Shown here: positions 52,401-64,000 of the stretch, piece after piece
How the letters are laid out: every line of letters begins with the position of its first letter
Numbering within the stretch: position 1 is the stretch's first letter
DNA from: Bugula neritina
Taxonomy: Eukaryota; Animalia; Bryozoa
Direction: 5' to 3'
Assembly (NCBI GenBank): GCA_964035545.1
Contig: OZ037766.1
Location: 15,614,722 to 15,678,721 of the forward strand
Length of the DNA: 64,000 nucleotides
Program-made: the position numbers and the translations under genes
Notes under the pieces: generated by a model
What the model saw: only the letters and a program-made list of their open reading frames with translations
Databases searched by the model: none
Told to the model about the DNA's origin: nothing

Positions 52401-55400
52401 TCTTCCCATGTTTGGGTAACTGTTCATGATATCCGTTACGTGGACATAAAAGATGAAGTAAAAGCATATTCTGTGGTTGGAGAGAGCGAGTCTCAAAGAA
52501 TCACCAACTCTCTCGTGTCTCTCAGTAATGCTGTAAAAATTTCCCAAAACAAACCAGACTGTCTGGGATCAGGTAAATTTGTTTTAATTTTGATGCAATG
52601 ATATAATTATGACCATTATGCGTTTTATAAGTTTATAAATCATGTTGGAATATACCAACCCTCTTACAGCTTTCAAAGTAATTTATTCATTTATAACTCT
52701 GACAAATGAATGGAAACATTCACTTTAACATGTATTCAATTTTCACAGCTTGTTCCAAGTTAATTAAAAGGTTCAATGGCTCTACAAACTTTTCTAGTGT
52801 TTAAAATTGCGGTAATTTCTAAACTAATGACGAATATGTATATGTTTTATAGAGGGCACATCTGACCTTTGCTCCAGTAATTCTAAGTTTAGATCTAGTT
52901 TACTAGTCAACCTACAGCAAGAAGTAAAGCTGACAAAAATAAATCTTCAAAACAGATCTTTGAACTTAGATGGTGCAGTTGAAAAATTCATTGTTTATCA
53001 CCATCACTTGTCAATGAGTCAGGTATTGAAATTTCATGCTTATAACAATTTATTGTAATTTTTGTTATGCTTACAAATAAACATATTTAATCTCGTACAA
53101 CTGGAAACAGTGAAAAATTATAACAGTTATTTTATTTAAGTCTTGGGTTGGCTGAGACTGCTATTTTAAAAATGTGATTAAGACCTGGTCAACCAAATGA
53201 GATAGAAAACTACAAACACCTGCCAAACTTGTCAAAATAGTTCAGTGAGATTAATGCTTTAGGAATAGTTATTTGTTGGCAACAATTCTCTGTATAAAGA
53301 GGTTAATAAATTTTTGTTAGCTTGTCAAGCTGTATAAATAACCTATTTAGCACTTTTCAACTCAAGATTCTTCTGTATATCCATCTAATACTATAGATTA
53401 GTACCACACTTTTATTCAGTCCGAGACAGGGATCTCTAGAGAAATAAAACTCTTTAAACTACTTAAAGTAATCATAATTTAACTACTGTATGACAGGTTT
53501 TGTGCCTCTAAATGTTAATACTATAAGTGAGTGATGTATTAACTTTGCTTGTATGCAGGTGGCAGAGTTCTCAATAGACAAGAAATTTAGTGCACAAGAA
53601 AACTTTCTACCAGAATCTTCTCTATGTTTAGGCGACTGCAGACAAACTTGTAGTTCCTTTATAGCTGATCGGTACACTTACTTACATGGGAAGTGGGTCA
53701 TCATAGTTCTGTTGAACATCCATGAACAGTAGGTTCAATGAAATATAGATTATTATGTAAAGGTATATATCTGTGTGTGTGCATGCGTGTATATTATATG
53801 TTAGTATTGCATGAAGCTACATCACATTTTTATAAGACTTTTTGTCACTATGTTTGTTTCATATAATATTTTTCTTGCAGAACAAACTTTTCCGCCCCGT
53901 ATCAATGTGACCGATTCTCTGAAATTTCTCTTTTTCGAACTGAAGCAGCCACTTTTGTGTTTGAGTATCTGAAAAAAGATTTTAAAGATGATCGATTTGG
54001 TTTGCTACTGTTGGACTCGTGCGGAGAAAAGCTACATGTCACCAGCAGGCTGTATAACGTACTGCTTGGCAAAACTGAAGTCTGCAATCAGATGAGGGAG
54101 TGTTTTGATCCTGACTCAGCTGTTATTGTTGTTGGTGGCTCCACCAGTACCATAGCACAACAAGTAAGCTATAGATAGGGTAGTGCCAGCTGGTCGCAAT
54201 TTTGTACTAATCAATGCAGAACTGTTCAATATATGGTACTGTTTACACTTTTTACATTTATGCCATGAATATCAAATCAAAAGAAGGCTAATGTTAGCAT
54301 GAAAATAACAAAGAAATGGTATAAAATGTTATTTCATACTGGGATTAAAAGTTTTAATCAACAGTTTGATCAAATACAACTTGGAGATAACTGCAGCGCT
54401 TCATTTACTGTGGCGCCACATTAGACGGAGAAAAATCTAAACAAGAGCATATTTAGTGAAAATGCTGAATGGCCAGTGTGGAGCGCTTCTGTGGCAGTGA
54501 CTCACTTGGCTATAACTATTTCACAAACCCGCTTTTCGTGTTTCAGATTTGTATTCTGTTTAGCTGTGCGTCATTGATAATAGAGAGTGACATTTAAAAA
54601 TGGAAACCTTTTAGCAATTTAGATTTTCAACTTTCTACTTTTTTTTAGCAAAATCAGTCTTTTCTTATCTGTAGTCATCTTTTTACAGCAGACATTATTA
54701 GGAAAGCAAAAGTGCTGTAGGCAAGCAGTAAAGTCAAATGGCTTGTAAATTTTTGCTGCCCCATGTAGATTCGCACACAGAAATTTGTCTAATGTGACCC
54801 CACACCTAGCATAGCTCAGTTATTAATCAAATTTCTTTGCCTTTATTTTTGTGTTGGTCAGTTGCAGACGATTACCAGAGAAGTCCCGCTTATTCAGATG
54901 TCATATGCAGCCTCCAGTGTTATGCTCAATGATCGAGAAAAACATCCATTCTTTCTGAGAACAAGTCCGTCTGATGACCTTCAGTGTCATTTCATGGTAG
55001 AGTTGATCAGATCATTCAGTGGAAGTAAAATCAATGCTGTGAACCTCCTATACTCATCTTCCTTGTATGGTGTAACAGCAGCAGAAGTAAGTCATACGGT
55101 TGACAGCAATCAGTACATAACATCATCAAACGTTTGCAAATCTTTAACTTAGGATAAAATATTGTGGTGGTAGCTTTTTTAGATGACATAATCAAAATGT
55201 TAGTTAAGTTAAATGAAAATAAGTATGTAAAATACAATACATAGATAACAATAAAACACATTAATGTTTGTTTAGTGGTGATGATGGTGGCAATGTAGTT
55301 TAGAGCATATCGTAATATATACGTACCATATATATGCCCTTTGACCGTTTGGTTTAGAGTAACTCAACTATAAAATTTAGGTTTCATAATATATACACTA

Positions 55401-58400
55401 TAGATTTAAGATAAACAAATTATTTTTGCTGAGGGTTTTGAATTATAAAAAAACTTTTGGCTAGTTTTTCTGTGTGTTGTATTTATGCATAAGATATCAT
55501 TAATATTTCTAAAAACTAAACAGTGGAGTAACATATAAGCTCATATTGATAATAATGCCAACTTACTTAATTACTACAACACTATTAAAAACTGTTGTTG
55601 AATTGAGTCTGATAAAGGTTTGGAGAAAAGCAGTTATGTTAGACATATATTTATGTAGAAGATAAAGACGCTGCTGAATGATAGTGGAATATTTGTACAC
55701 ATTGATGAGAAGATAACTTACAATACAAACTTTTCTAGTCTAGCTATTGATTTGATCTACCACTCGGAGAATGTGAAGATGACAATTGCATTCCTTGAAA
55801 ATGAAGTAAGTTTACTGTGGTACAGTAAACCAAGTTCTTAATCATAAGATATGTTAATTTGAAAACTGTGTGTTGGTGAAACATTTAATATTTGATTTTT
55901 ATACATATCTTATACCATGCGATGATATATCAATAATTGTAACACTTTTGAGCTAAGAGTTTATGTAAAACTATATATTTATAGAAAATAATATAATACA
56001 TTTTCTATATTTTTACTTTTTTTACATCTTTGACAAAACTCAAACAAATGTTTAGATTATAAAAAAAACTTGAAAACTGGAGAGAGCATTTGCGTTGATG
56101 TTTTTTTATTAACTTTTACACAGTGATGACCACATTATTGTAAACCTTTAAAAGATTGAAACTTCATATTTTAATTCACATTTGCAACATAGTAAAAGAG
56201 AAAAATGATAAATCATAAATTATGAATTATTAAGACACGTTCCGAGATAGTAGCTTAGGCATTCTAATAAATGATCTGTTTTTACTTCAAAATTGAAAAA
56301 AGACTGACCTACTCTCTAAAGAATATTAAGAAGACTTTGCATACCTGTTTAGAAACAAACTAACGCTTACATACGCAACTGTTTTAGCATATTGTGGGTT
56401 TGATGGACGAGGCTAAAAAGAGATACACGGCCTGGACTCTTGCTGGGCTCAGTTTCATCTTTAGTGAATCATGGAGTTCTGATATGGCCGGTTATCTCCA
56501 AAAGTATGGGGATTTAATGGCTGGTAGCTTTGCATTTAGATTTGCTACAAATTTCAGGGTAAGTTTTTGTTCTGATAAAATATAATACATTTGTGCAAAT
56601 CTATAATATTGTAAGTTTTACAAATAAGGCCAGCTAATCAAGCACTTTTTCCATGTTCAGCAGTAATGTTTTAACCCTAATAAGCAAATGGTGTGAATTC
56701 AAAGAAAATTAACTTTGAAATCTTTTTGTCACTTATAATATTTTCAATCACTGACTTGCTATTGTATTACAATGTCTAAAGTTATTTGCTTTACGCTGGT
56801 ATGATAGATAGCTAAATTTAAAAATTTGTCCAATATTTTGGTAAACAAAGATGTTTCGATAATACATTTTAATCTTGCTTCAAAGGAAATTTACTGTAGC
56901 TTTATTAAAAAACAACTGTTATATTATGTTTCTATGTTAAAATGTTGCATTCACATCATTTTATAGAGTAACTCTTTCACCACTCACTTGAAGAATATTA
57001 GTTTACCTACAATTGATGATAGGAATTACTGGCTCTCAACCCTGGTAGAGGAAGTAGGTAAATGTAAGATACGAGGAAACTTTCACAGCACTTATACCAG
57101 ACAGTGCGAATCTCAAAGTGTAAACCTCGTCAGGTTACAGAATGAGCTGTATTCACTACATTTGATGAAGTCAATCACTGCTGCTGTATATGGAATCAGA
57201 AAAATGGCTATTGACATGCCAGAAGAGTACCTCTTTGATAGTGACAGAGTAAAGGATAGGTATAATGAAATGTTACATATTGCTCTTCCCACAGTTCTAG
57301 AAGATAAGTCAACTAAAAACCACCATCCATTTGACAGTCAGGGGAATGGCAACGTAGGATACCAGATTTACAACATAGTAAAGCTGAATGAATCGACAAC
57401 CATTTACCAATTATTTACAACGACTGAACCGATCAACCAGATGGAGCAGGTACAGCATAGAGTGCCAGTGTTCTACACTTACAGGAATAAAGCAAGAACA
57501 GCAGTGTTTTCTATAAACAGTACGTGTCACACTTGCAACAAACTAAAGTTGACACCAGCTGACACAACCACGACGACAAGTACAATAGGAACTTCTACAT
57601 CAACAAGTATTCAGCTGCCTACATCAACAACAGCCTTCCTGGGGGCAATACTAGCTGCTGTAATTCTCACATTCTTTGCAATGAGTGAGTGATCATGTCA
57701 GTTTTCATGATATGAAAAAACACAGCAAATATTTTTATCCATTAATACAAAATTTAAAATAAGGATGCATTTCCTCAGCAATATGTTGTATAGCTGATAA
57801 TTTAAAATAACTTTCTGTACTCAATATTTGGTGTCATGGTTAGGGCTTTCTAAAAAGTGTAGAGTCTGCAATCAGCAATTAAGATTCAGTAGCTAGTTTA
57901 GTTAAGTAAAAACATTGAAAGCTTGAAGTTTTGCATGTTGTAATTTTTCAAATTCTAATAATCTGTTGATTTAATTCATGATGCCTTACAGGTTTCTGTC
58001 ATCAAAAGATTTTGAATGAGTTGAGAGGCATCAGGAGACAACTCTCCTCTATGAGACCAGCACGATGCTTTAACAGCAAAGAAACAGGTGCATTGACTTT
58101 CTATATGCTTAGTAATAAGTAAATTGATAACATCATACACATTATAGGCTCCAAAACCAGAACTTCTTACTGCATTAGTGATTAGTAGTTGTTTTATTGG
58201 CATATCGTTGTTTATGTATATAGTTATGGCCCACTGTATAACGGTAGAGCTTAACATTAGTATGTATAGCAATATGGCTATAAGCAGCCTAGAATGTAGA
58301 TAATCTCAAGGTGCTGATCACTTAGAACTTGACTAGCTGGTGAGTAACTTTTACATAATAGATAATACAAAGTGGTCATCTTTGATCTTAACTCGCTATA

Positions 58401-58980
58401 AGACTTATTAGAAGTTCTATAAAACTAATTGAAATTGCTTTCTGCTGCATGCTGCAGTTATTAAAATATCTTTCATTTAGCTGCACATTTTTAATAGATA
58501 CTAGCATTATATAAAACTGATTCAAATTGAAGCCTATTTATAATCTTCAATCTTTTCATTTCTGAGTTATAATTATTTGCCAAAATTTTTTTGTAGCTTT
58601 AAACTAACTGTAAAGCTAAATTATTAGTGTGTTTCTTTTGCTACACTAATTGTTAACTGTTTACAAGGTATACAAACTTTTCCTCAGATTTCAATGGCAA
58701 TGGCATCAAAGAATCCCAACCAATTGATCAAGAATGTAGCGGAGGTGGAAGAAGCTCACATGCACTTCAGCCACCGTTGTCTACACCTGTGAGGGATGAG
58801 CCTGAGTTGATCAGCAACAATATACACCCGTCTGTTTCCCCTTGTACAGAAGATGAAATGCCTGATTCCAACCACAGTAACAGTAGAAAAATACATATTT
58901 TACAAAATCTGAAAGATGATACTGACTTTCATTCTATGGGAGACATGACTGAAAAAGGAAATAACTCCCATAACAATTAG
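49451..58980 (+). CDS. Single-pass membrane protein with two tandem class-C-GPCR-like Venus-flytrap (ANF_receptor) domains, ~1084 aa. Exons 49451-49565, 50204-50332, 50590-50742, 51300-51466, 51815-52031, 52372-52572, 52853-53022, 53559-53728, 53881-54163, 54862-55086, 55659-55805, 56388-56558, 56967-57684, 57992-58087, 58688-58980
   Basis: Signal peptide; VFT1 motifs LLLNGH, IDTCSDP, DWDYITAIYSDD; VFT2 motifs GKWVIIVLLNIH, LLDSC, VVGGSTS, QMSYAASS.MLNDREKHPFFLRTSPSD, LYG, SESW, RNYW, FDSQGNGNVGYQIYN; then a Thr/Ser stalk and TM FLGAILAAVILTFFAMSFC. All 14 introns are phase-compatible. The last two exons are less certain. Confidence 0.82.
50948..51090 (-). mobile_element. Degenerate copy of the tRNA-derived SINE
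   Basis: Shares tgagaacctctgatggaaa and cttcctaacatcaccaatggcctt with the copies at 44590 and 59656. Confidence 0.7.
54409..54805. mobile_element. Intronic MITE
   Basis: tgtggcgccacattagac pairs with gtctaatgtgaccccaca. Confidence 0.6.
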
Positions 58981-59655
58981 AAATATTAATATTGAGTTTC
59001 TAAAAGTTTGCAAATTAGCCTTTTAAATAGGCTCGCTACTAATATCAATATTTTTACAATATGTCCTATTACTATCTTGCTTGGAAAAAAAACTGACCGA
59101 GAAGCTATATCATGTGTGCTGTAAACGTTAAACTTTGTTGTCTCTTAGGCTGACCACAATTATTATTGGGTGTTCAGAAAAAATTATTTTAACTTTATTA
59201 GTAAAACACAATTTAAATAGCTGACTATCTTTTCCTAGAAACTTATCATATCCTAATTATCTTTTCTGTGGTCCCCATTTCACACAATTTTTAAAATTTG
59301 AACTAGCAAATATTCAATGGACTAGTTGAGTTCAGCTTTTATATTAGTTGAATTTTATATATTGGTTGAATTTGGAAAGACTATTTGAACAAGGACACCC
59401 TTTTATTTATAACTTCTGCATTGTCATACAATTACATAAAAAAACCATATTTTTAGATCGCCAAATTTTTTCTGACTAAAGAATATTATTTTGATGTTTG
59501 TTTTGTTTATGTCACTATTAGGTGCATACTAAAATTGAACGACAATAGCTGTAATTGCTTTCCCGTCACTTTCAGAAGTATTTTCAAGTACACAAACAAA
59601 GAAAATGTTTTTGACAAAAGTAAACTTGACTAAAAGCTTATGCAGCTAAACATTC

Positions 59656-59860
59656 AAGTTTATATAAGTCACCATCCCTGTGAGAAAACCTCTGATGAAA
59701 ACGGTTTTTTGTTAAATCAGGCTAAGCACTTATTCAGTTGAAGCACAAGAGCAATTATGACTGGATGCTTTTCCTGACATCATCAATGGCCCTTGCCGGG
59801 CTCGAACCCATGACTTTGTGCTTACTAGGCAAACGCTCTAACCCCTAGACCACAGCTGCT
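59656..59860 (-). mobile_element. tRNA-derived SINE (tRNA-Thr(AGT)-like head)
   Basis: The minus strand carries an A box TGGTCTAGGGG, an anticodon-like loop CT-AGT-AA and a B box GGTTCGAGCCC, followed by a non-tRNA body shared with two other copies. Confidence 0.82.
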
Positions 59861-60117
59861 AAACATTTAATAATCAAAACAAATTAACTAACTGCTCTGG
59901 CATTTTTCAAATAGATAGTTGTACTGCTTTGGAACTATATACTCCCAGAGATGGAGATTAACAAAATTTGAGTTCAGTTTACTAGTTACCTTTAATATCT
60001 AAGTTTACTAAAGATGATGACCAGCCTAATGTTGCAGGGGATTTTCTAATAAACCTCATATTCACTTGTCCAAGGCAAACAATACCAAATATTGTACTAG
60101 ATTTTGGGATTTATCTT

Positions 60118-60487
<370 letters not shown>

Positions 60488-61207
60488 AAATGCATAAATG
60501 TTTATTTTATTTTGGAGTTACCTTCCTCTTGTACATACCAATACAATCAATTGCTCTTTTTCTTTTTGTTGTTTAAAACCGAACCTGGACAACTGAAGTT
60601 CGGGTGTTCGATTCAGAGGAATTCGATCGTCTGTGTCTGATTTGGGTTCTGATTCCTGCAGCACTTTTCTGGATTTTGAGTACTTTCTAGAAAATTGAGC
60701 CAAAGCAACATGAAAAATACCGATGCTGTGGCACTCAAGCTAAATTTTACAGAGTAGCCCCAAGTCTAAAAAGGTTGGACACCCCTTAGCTAAACAACAT
60801 AGTTTTTGACAGATACGTAGTAGTGTTTCATACATGGTTCAGCCACTACTTATTCTTAGCTTTTCTCCCAGTATATAACTAATTAAAATATATGATTAAG
60901 ATACTATAAATTGTTTGAAGCATTTCATATCAGGAATTTTTTTGATTTCCTTGAAGACTTTGATGGGCTACTTTTAAATTTAGAGCCTATAATATTTCAG
61001 CAAACCAGACTCTCCTATCATGTTTATAAAGTTAGTTGAACCTATCAGAGTATTAAATCATTGCCTTTACATCATTATAGCTTAATAATCTTTTATATTT
61101 GTTAAGTGAAGTGTAGTCAATAGTGAGTTGAAACCGTAACTGATCAGATTAGAATCATTCAGGTTCAGCTAGCATGCTAAGGAAGAACACATCTACTTGA
61201 GGACAAA

Positions 61208-63360
61208 ATGGCTAACCTGGACACCATTTTACTACTTACACTGACTGTTGTTACACTCCAAGGAGGTTTTGTGAGTTCTCAACACGCAGAATACATCTGT
61301 AAATCTTCAAATGCTGGGGGTAAGTAGTTAAAACATTGTATAAACTACCCGTTCTGCAACTGCAACAGTGTTTCCCAATTTTTACTTTTTGCTCATTTGT
61401 GTGTTTTGTCTATACTTTGTACTTTTAATTTAGTCCAATTTACACAAAGGTTTAGTCAAATTGAAATAAAGTCAAGAAAATAGTTGCATATAATTTGTAT
61501 ACTAAGTTGCAAATACCTGCCACTAGATGTCAAGGACACTTTTACTACTACTTACTGTAAAAAACACTGCTTTCAAATTATTCACCCCCCCCTCCCAAAA
61601 TAAACTTAGCCAATAAATGGCATATTTACAATTGCTATATTAAAAATTTTGGTTTGAATGTATAGTTACAACTGAGAAGATATGTATTATACTTCTAACC
61701 ATACAGTTGCTGTCATGGTTTGACTTTAAATTCTATGTCTCTATAGCTACTGCTAATGCTAATCAATTCTTTAATTGGTTTTCAATAACTCTCCATGCTA
61801 AATAATATCGTCTTTTGGAATGTGCAAGTTTAGAAAAATTAAATGTTTTTACCATAACTATATTTAATAGCATGCCAACATGGCTTAGCATAATAATATT
61901 ATGTATATTATACTTATAGCAACTTTTTTGCATTTGGCATTATATACCAGAAAACTGCTATGTATTTTGGTGCATGCTGTAACCATTATAACTATATAAT
62001 ACACATATAGCACAGTTTTCTTATTCCAAGTTTTTATTACTGTAGTTAACGTTATATATAATTTTGATTAACCATGAATTAACAATTTTAGAAGAATTTT
62101 ATGAAGTGCCAAGGCTAGTGATTACTTAACATTTCAAATTCTACAAAACTTGATCTAAGATGCTACCACAATTGCCAGTATTCTACATATAATTATAAAT
62201 TTGATGCCTATAATACAATCACATTATAGTTATAGACAACTGATGTGATATGGTATCAGTGATAATAAAGCTAAAATTTCCCGCATAATGGTGGGTCTCT
62301 TTCAACCATTATGGTCAAATATATCCCTGATCACAATTAACATCTTGTTCAACCAAGCGCGTCATTTTCCTTATTGGTTAATAAGTTATAAGTTACTTAA
62401 TATGAAATACTTTACAGCAATTTCATCGCGCTGCATATAGTGTTTATTTTCTACTGCTATTCACCAAGTGTTAGTATTAATAGCTCTCATACCTTCACCA
62501 TCTCAACAAGGCTTGCCTCACTGCTAAATGAGCTTTGCTATTGGTTGAATTAGCCTACCCTAACATAATAGCTTCAGAGCCTGCTTTATAATCTGTTTTG
62601 AAAGTATATGTTGTACGTATAATATGTATTCTAGGTAGATCAACTTCCTCGTTGTTCATGAATTCAGCTTTCATAAGGGGGTATCATTGCATTTGTCCAT
62701 TCCAAAGAAATTTTTGTTTGTAATCTGAATGCAGTTTTTAAAAACGTGTAACAAAAGAGAGTAAAGAGAGAAGCTCACTAAGTGACTAAGTTCTATTTCA
62801 TGTGCATTATTTTACCAGGTCATATTTAAACTGTTTATACAAAATGAAGTCATGATGTAAGCATGTGCTTATTATATTTCAAGGCGAGATTATTCTTCTA
62901 TTAAACCTACACTATGGAGCAGAATGTGAGCAGCAGAATTCAAGATGGCCGACATCAACCCTTCCTGCAGAGATACTTAAATGGGAAAAGACCTTGTCAG
63001 CAAATATAGGCAGGCCTTACACTGTTTTAGATATAGCCTTAAATAAGCTTGATATAAAGTAACTTGTAAACAGTGTTGACTCAGTTTTGAGTAATTCAAG
63101 TAATATATTTATAACTTGAATAATCTCCTGAATTTTCTAGCAATAATTTATATAAATCAAAAAATTACATTTGCAGTCATAGTCATTTTTGAGCACGATT
63201 GTTTTAGATTTCAAAGTTGTTGACACATGCAGTGACCCTGATATAGCTGCTAAGGTAATATCTGAGAATATTCCTTATACCTGGACCATAGCAGATCTGT
63301 CCATTGGAAGAGCAAATAACAGTGTCTGTACAGCCAATGGGAGCTCTTCTATAAATATAG
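61208..63360 (+). CDS. 5' part of a second VFT-receptor paralog that probably continues beyond the window. Exons 61208-61319, 62884-63009, 63208-63360
   Basis: Signal peptide MANLDTILLLTLTVVTLQGGFVSS, then QHAEYIC, LLLNLHYGAECEQQNSRWPT and DTCSDPDIAAKVISENIPYTW, collinear with exons 1-3 of 49451-58980. Confidence 0.85.
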
Positions 63361-64000
63361 GTGAGAGGTCAAGCTTGCAATCATCAACATCTGTTGGAAA
63401 TTTTCTTTCATTCTATGGTCAACTTTTCATTTACTAAATTAATAATTACCTCCTGCTTTACCGTAGTGATACATAAAGTAACAGAAATTACTATAAATTC
63501 CTCAAATATTCTTTATTATAAACTGTAAAATATTGCTAAAAATATTTATATTGTACACTAGCTACAAATTATTGCTATAAATAGCCATTATTGTAGTTGT
63601 AATAATATTCTAAAGAATTTATTTGATGTATGTATTATTATATTTTAGATTAACGTACTTCATGTGTTGCAACAAACTAACAGTAGATCAAATATAAAAC
63701 ATCAAGCATTGCTCATTAAAGCTCAATAAAATGTTTCTTTATTTTTTGATTAAATAAAGATTTTATTGTAACCATGACCAATGACTATGTTACAAATATT
63801 ACAGCACAATTTGATAATTGGTGATTTCAATTGACACATGCACATAGTATGACATCATATGCATTATTGTCTTATAGCTGATTGGACATAGTCTATCAAT
63901 TTTTTAAACACACTTATGAGCTGCTGCTAAGATTTTGCAATAATTGAAAATAGGCTGTTATAGGAGTTCATTTAGGTTACGAGTTAGCTTAATGAAGACA

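Noticed and set aside
9414-58980. Functional coupling of the FAAH cluster and the VFT receptors (amide hydrolysis plus amino-acid sensing)
   Set aside because: Adjacency alone is not evidence in an animal genome; conserved synteny or co-expression would be needed.
59790-59860. tRNA-Thr gene
   Set aside because: The acceptor and anticodon stems are imperfect and it is fused to a repeated non-tRNA body, so it is a SINE head.
61517-61536. CTCF-like motif gccactagatgtca in intron 1 of the second receptor
   Set aside because: A single short match that cannot be distinguished from chance without ChIP or conservation data.

Overview
AT-rich, intron-containing animal DNA (invertebrate; lophotrochozoan-like by inference). 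All host genes are on the + strand, and I assembled their exons by hand from GT-AG sites and reading-frame phase. In order: (1) a small secreted protein with two variant chitin-binding type-2-like domains (2095-3579); (2) three tandem 13-exon FAAH-like amidase-signature genes with intact Lys-Ser-Ser triads (9414-16663, 25237-33895, 39891-47828); (3) a 15-exon, ~1084-aa receptor gene (49451-58980); and (4) the 5' end of a paralog of that receptor (from 61208). The receptor has a signal peptide, two tandem class-C-GPCR-type Venus-flytrap (VFT) domains, a Thr/Ser stalk, one TM helix and a short tail, with no cysteine-rich domain and no 7TM. Mobile DNA comprises a young non-autonomous BEL/Pao LTR element (identical 510-bp LTRs, 5-bp TSD), a decayed CR1/Jockey-type LINE, a tRNA-derived SINE family and many MITEs, including a nested hAT MITE whose empty site is visible in the paralog. 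The most notable observations are the 7TM-less double-VFT single-pass receptor family and exon-confined sequence homogenisation (gene-conversion-like) in both gene clusters. No database searches or alignments were run; mismatch counts are manual.
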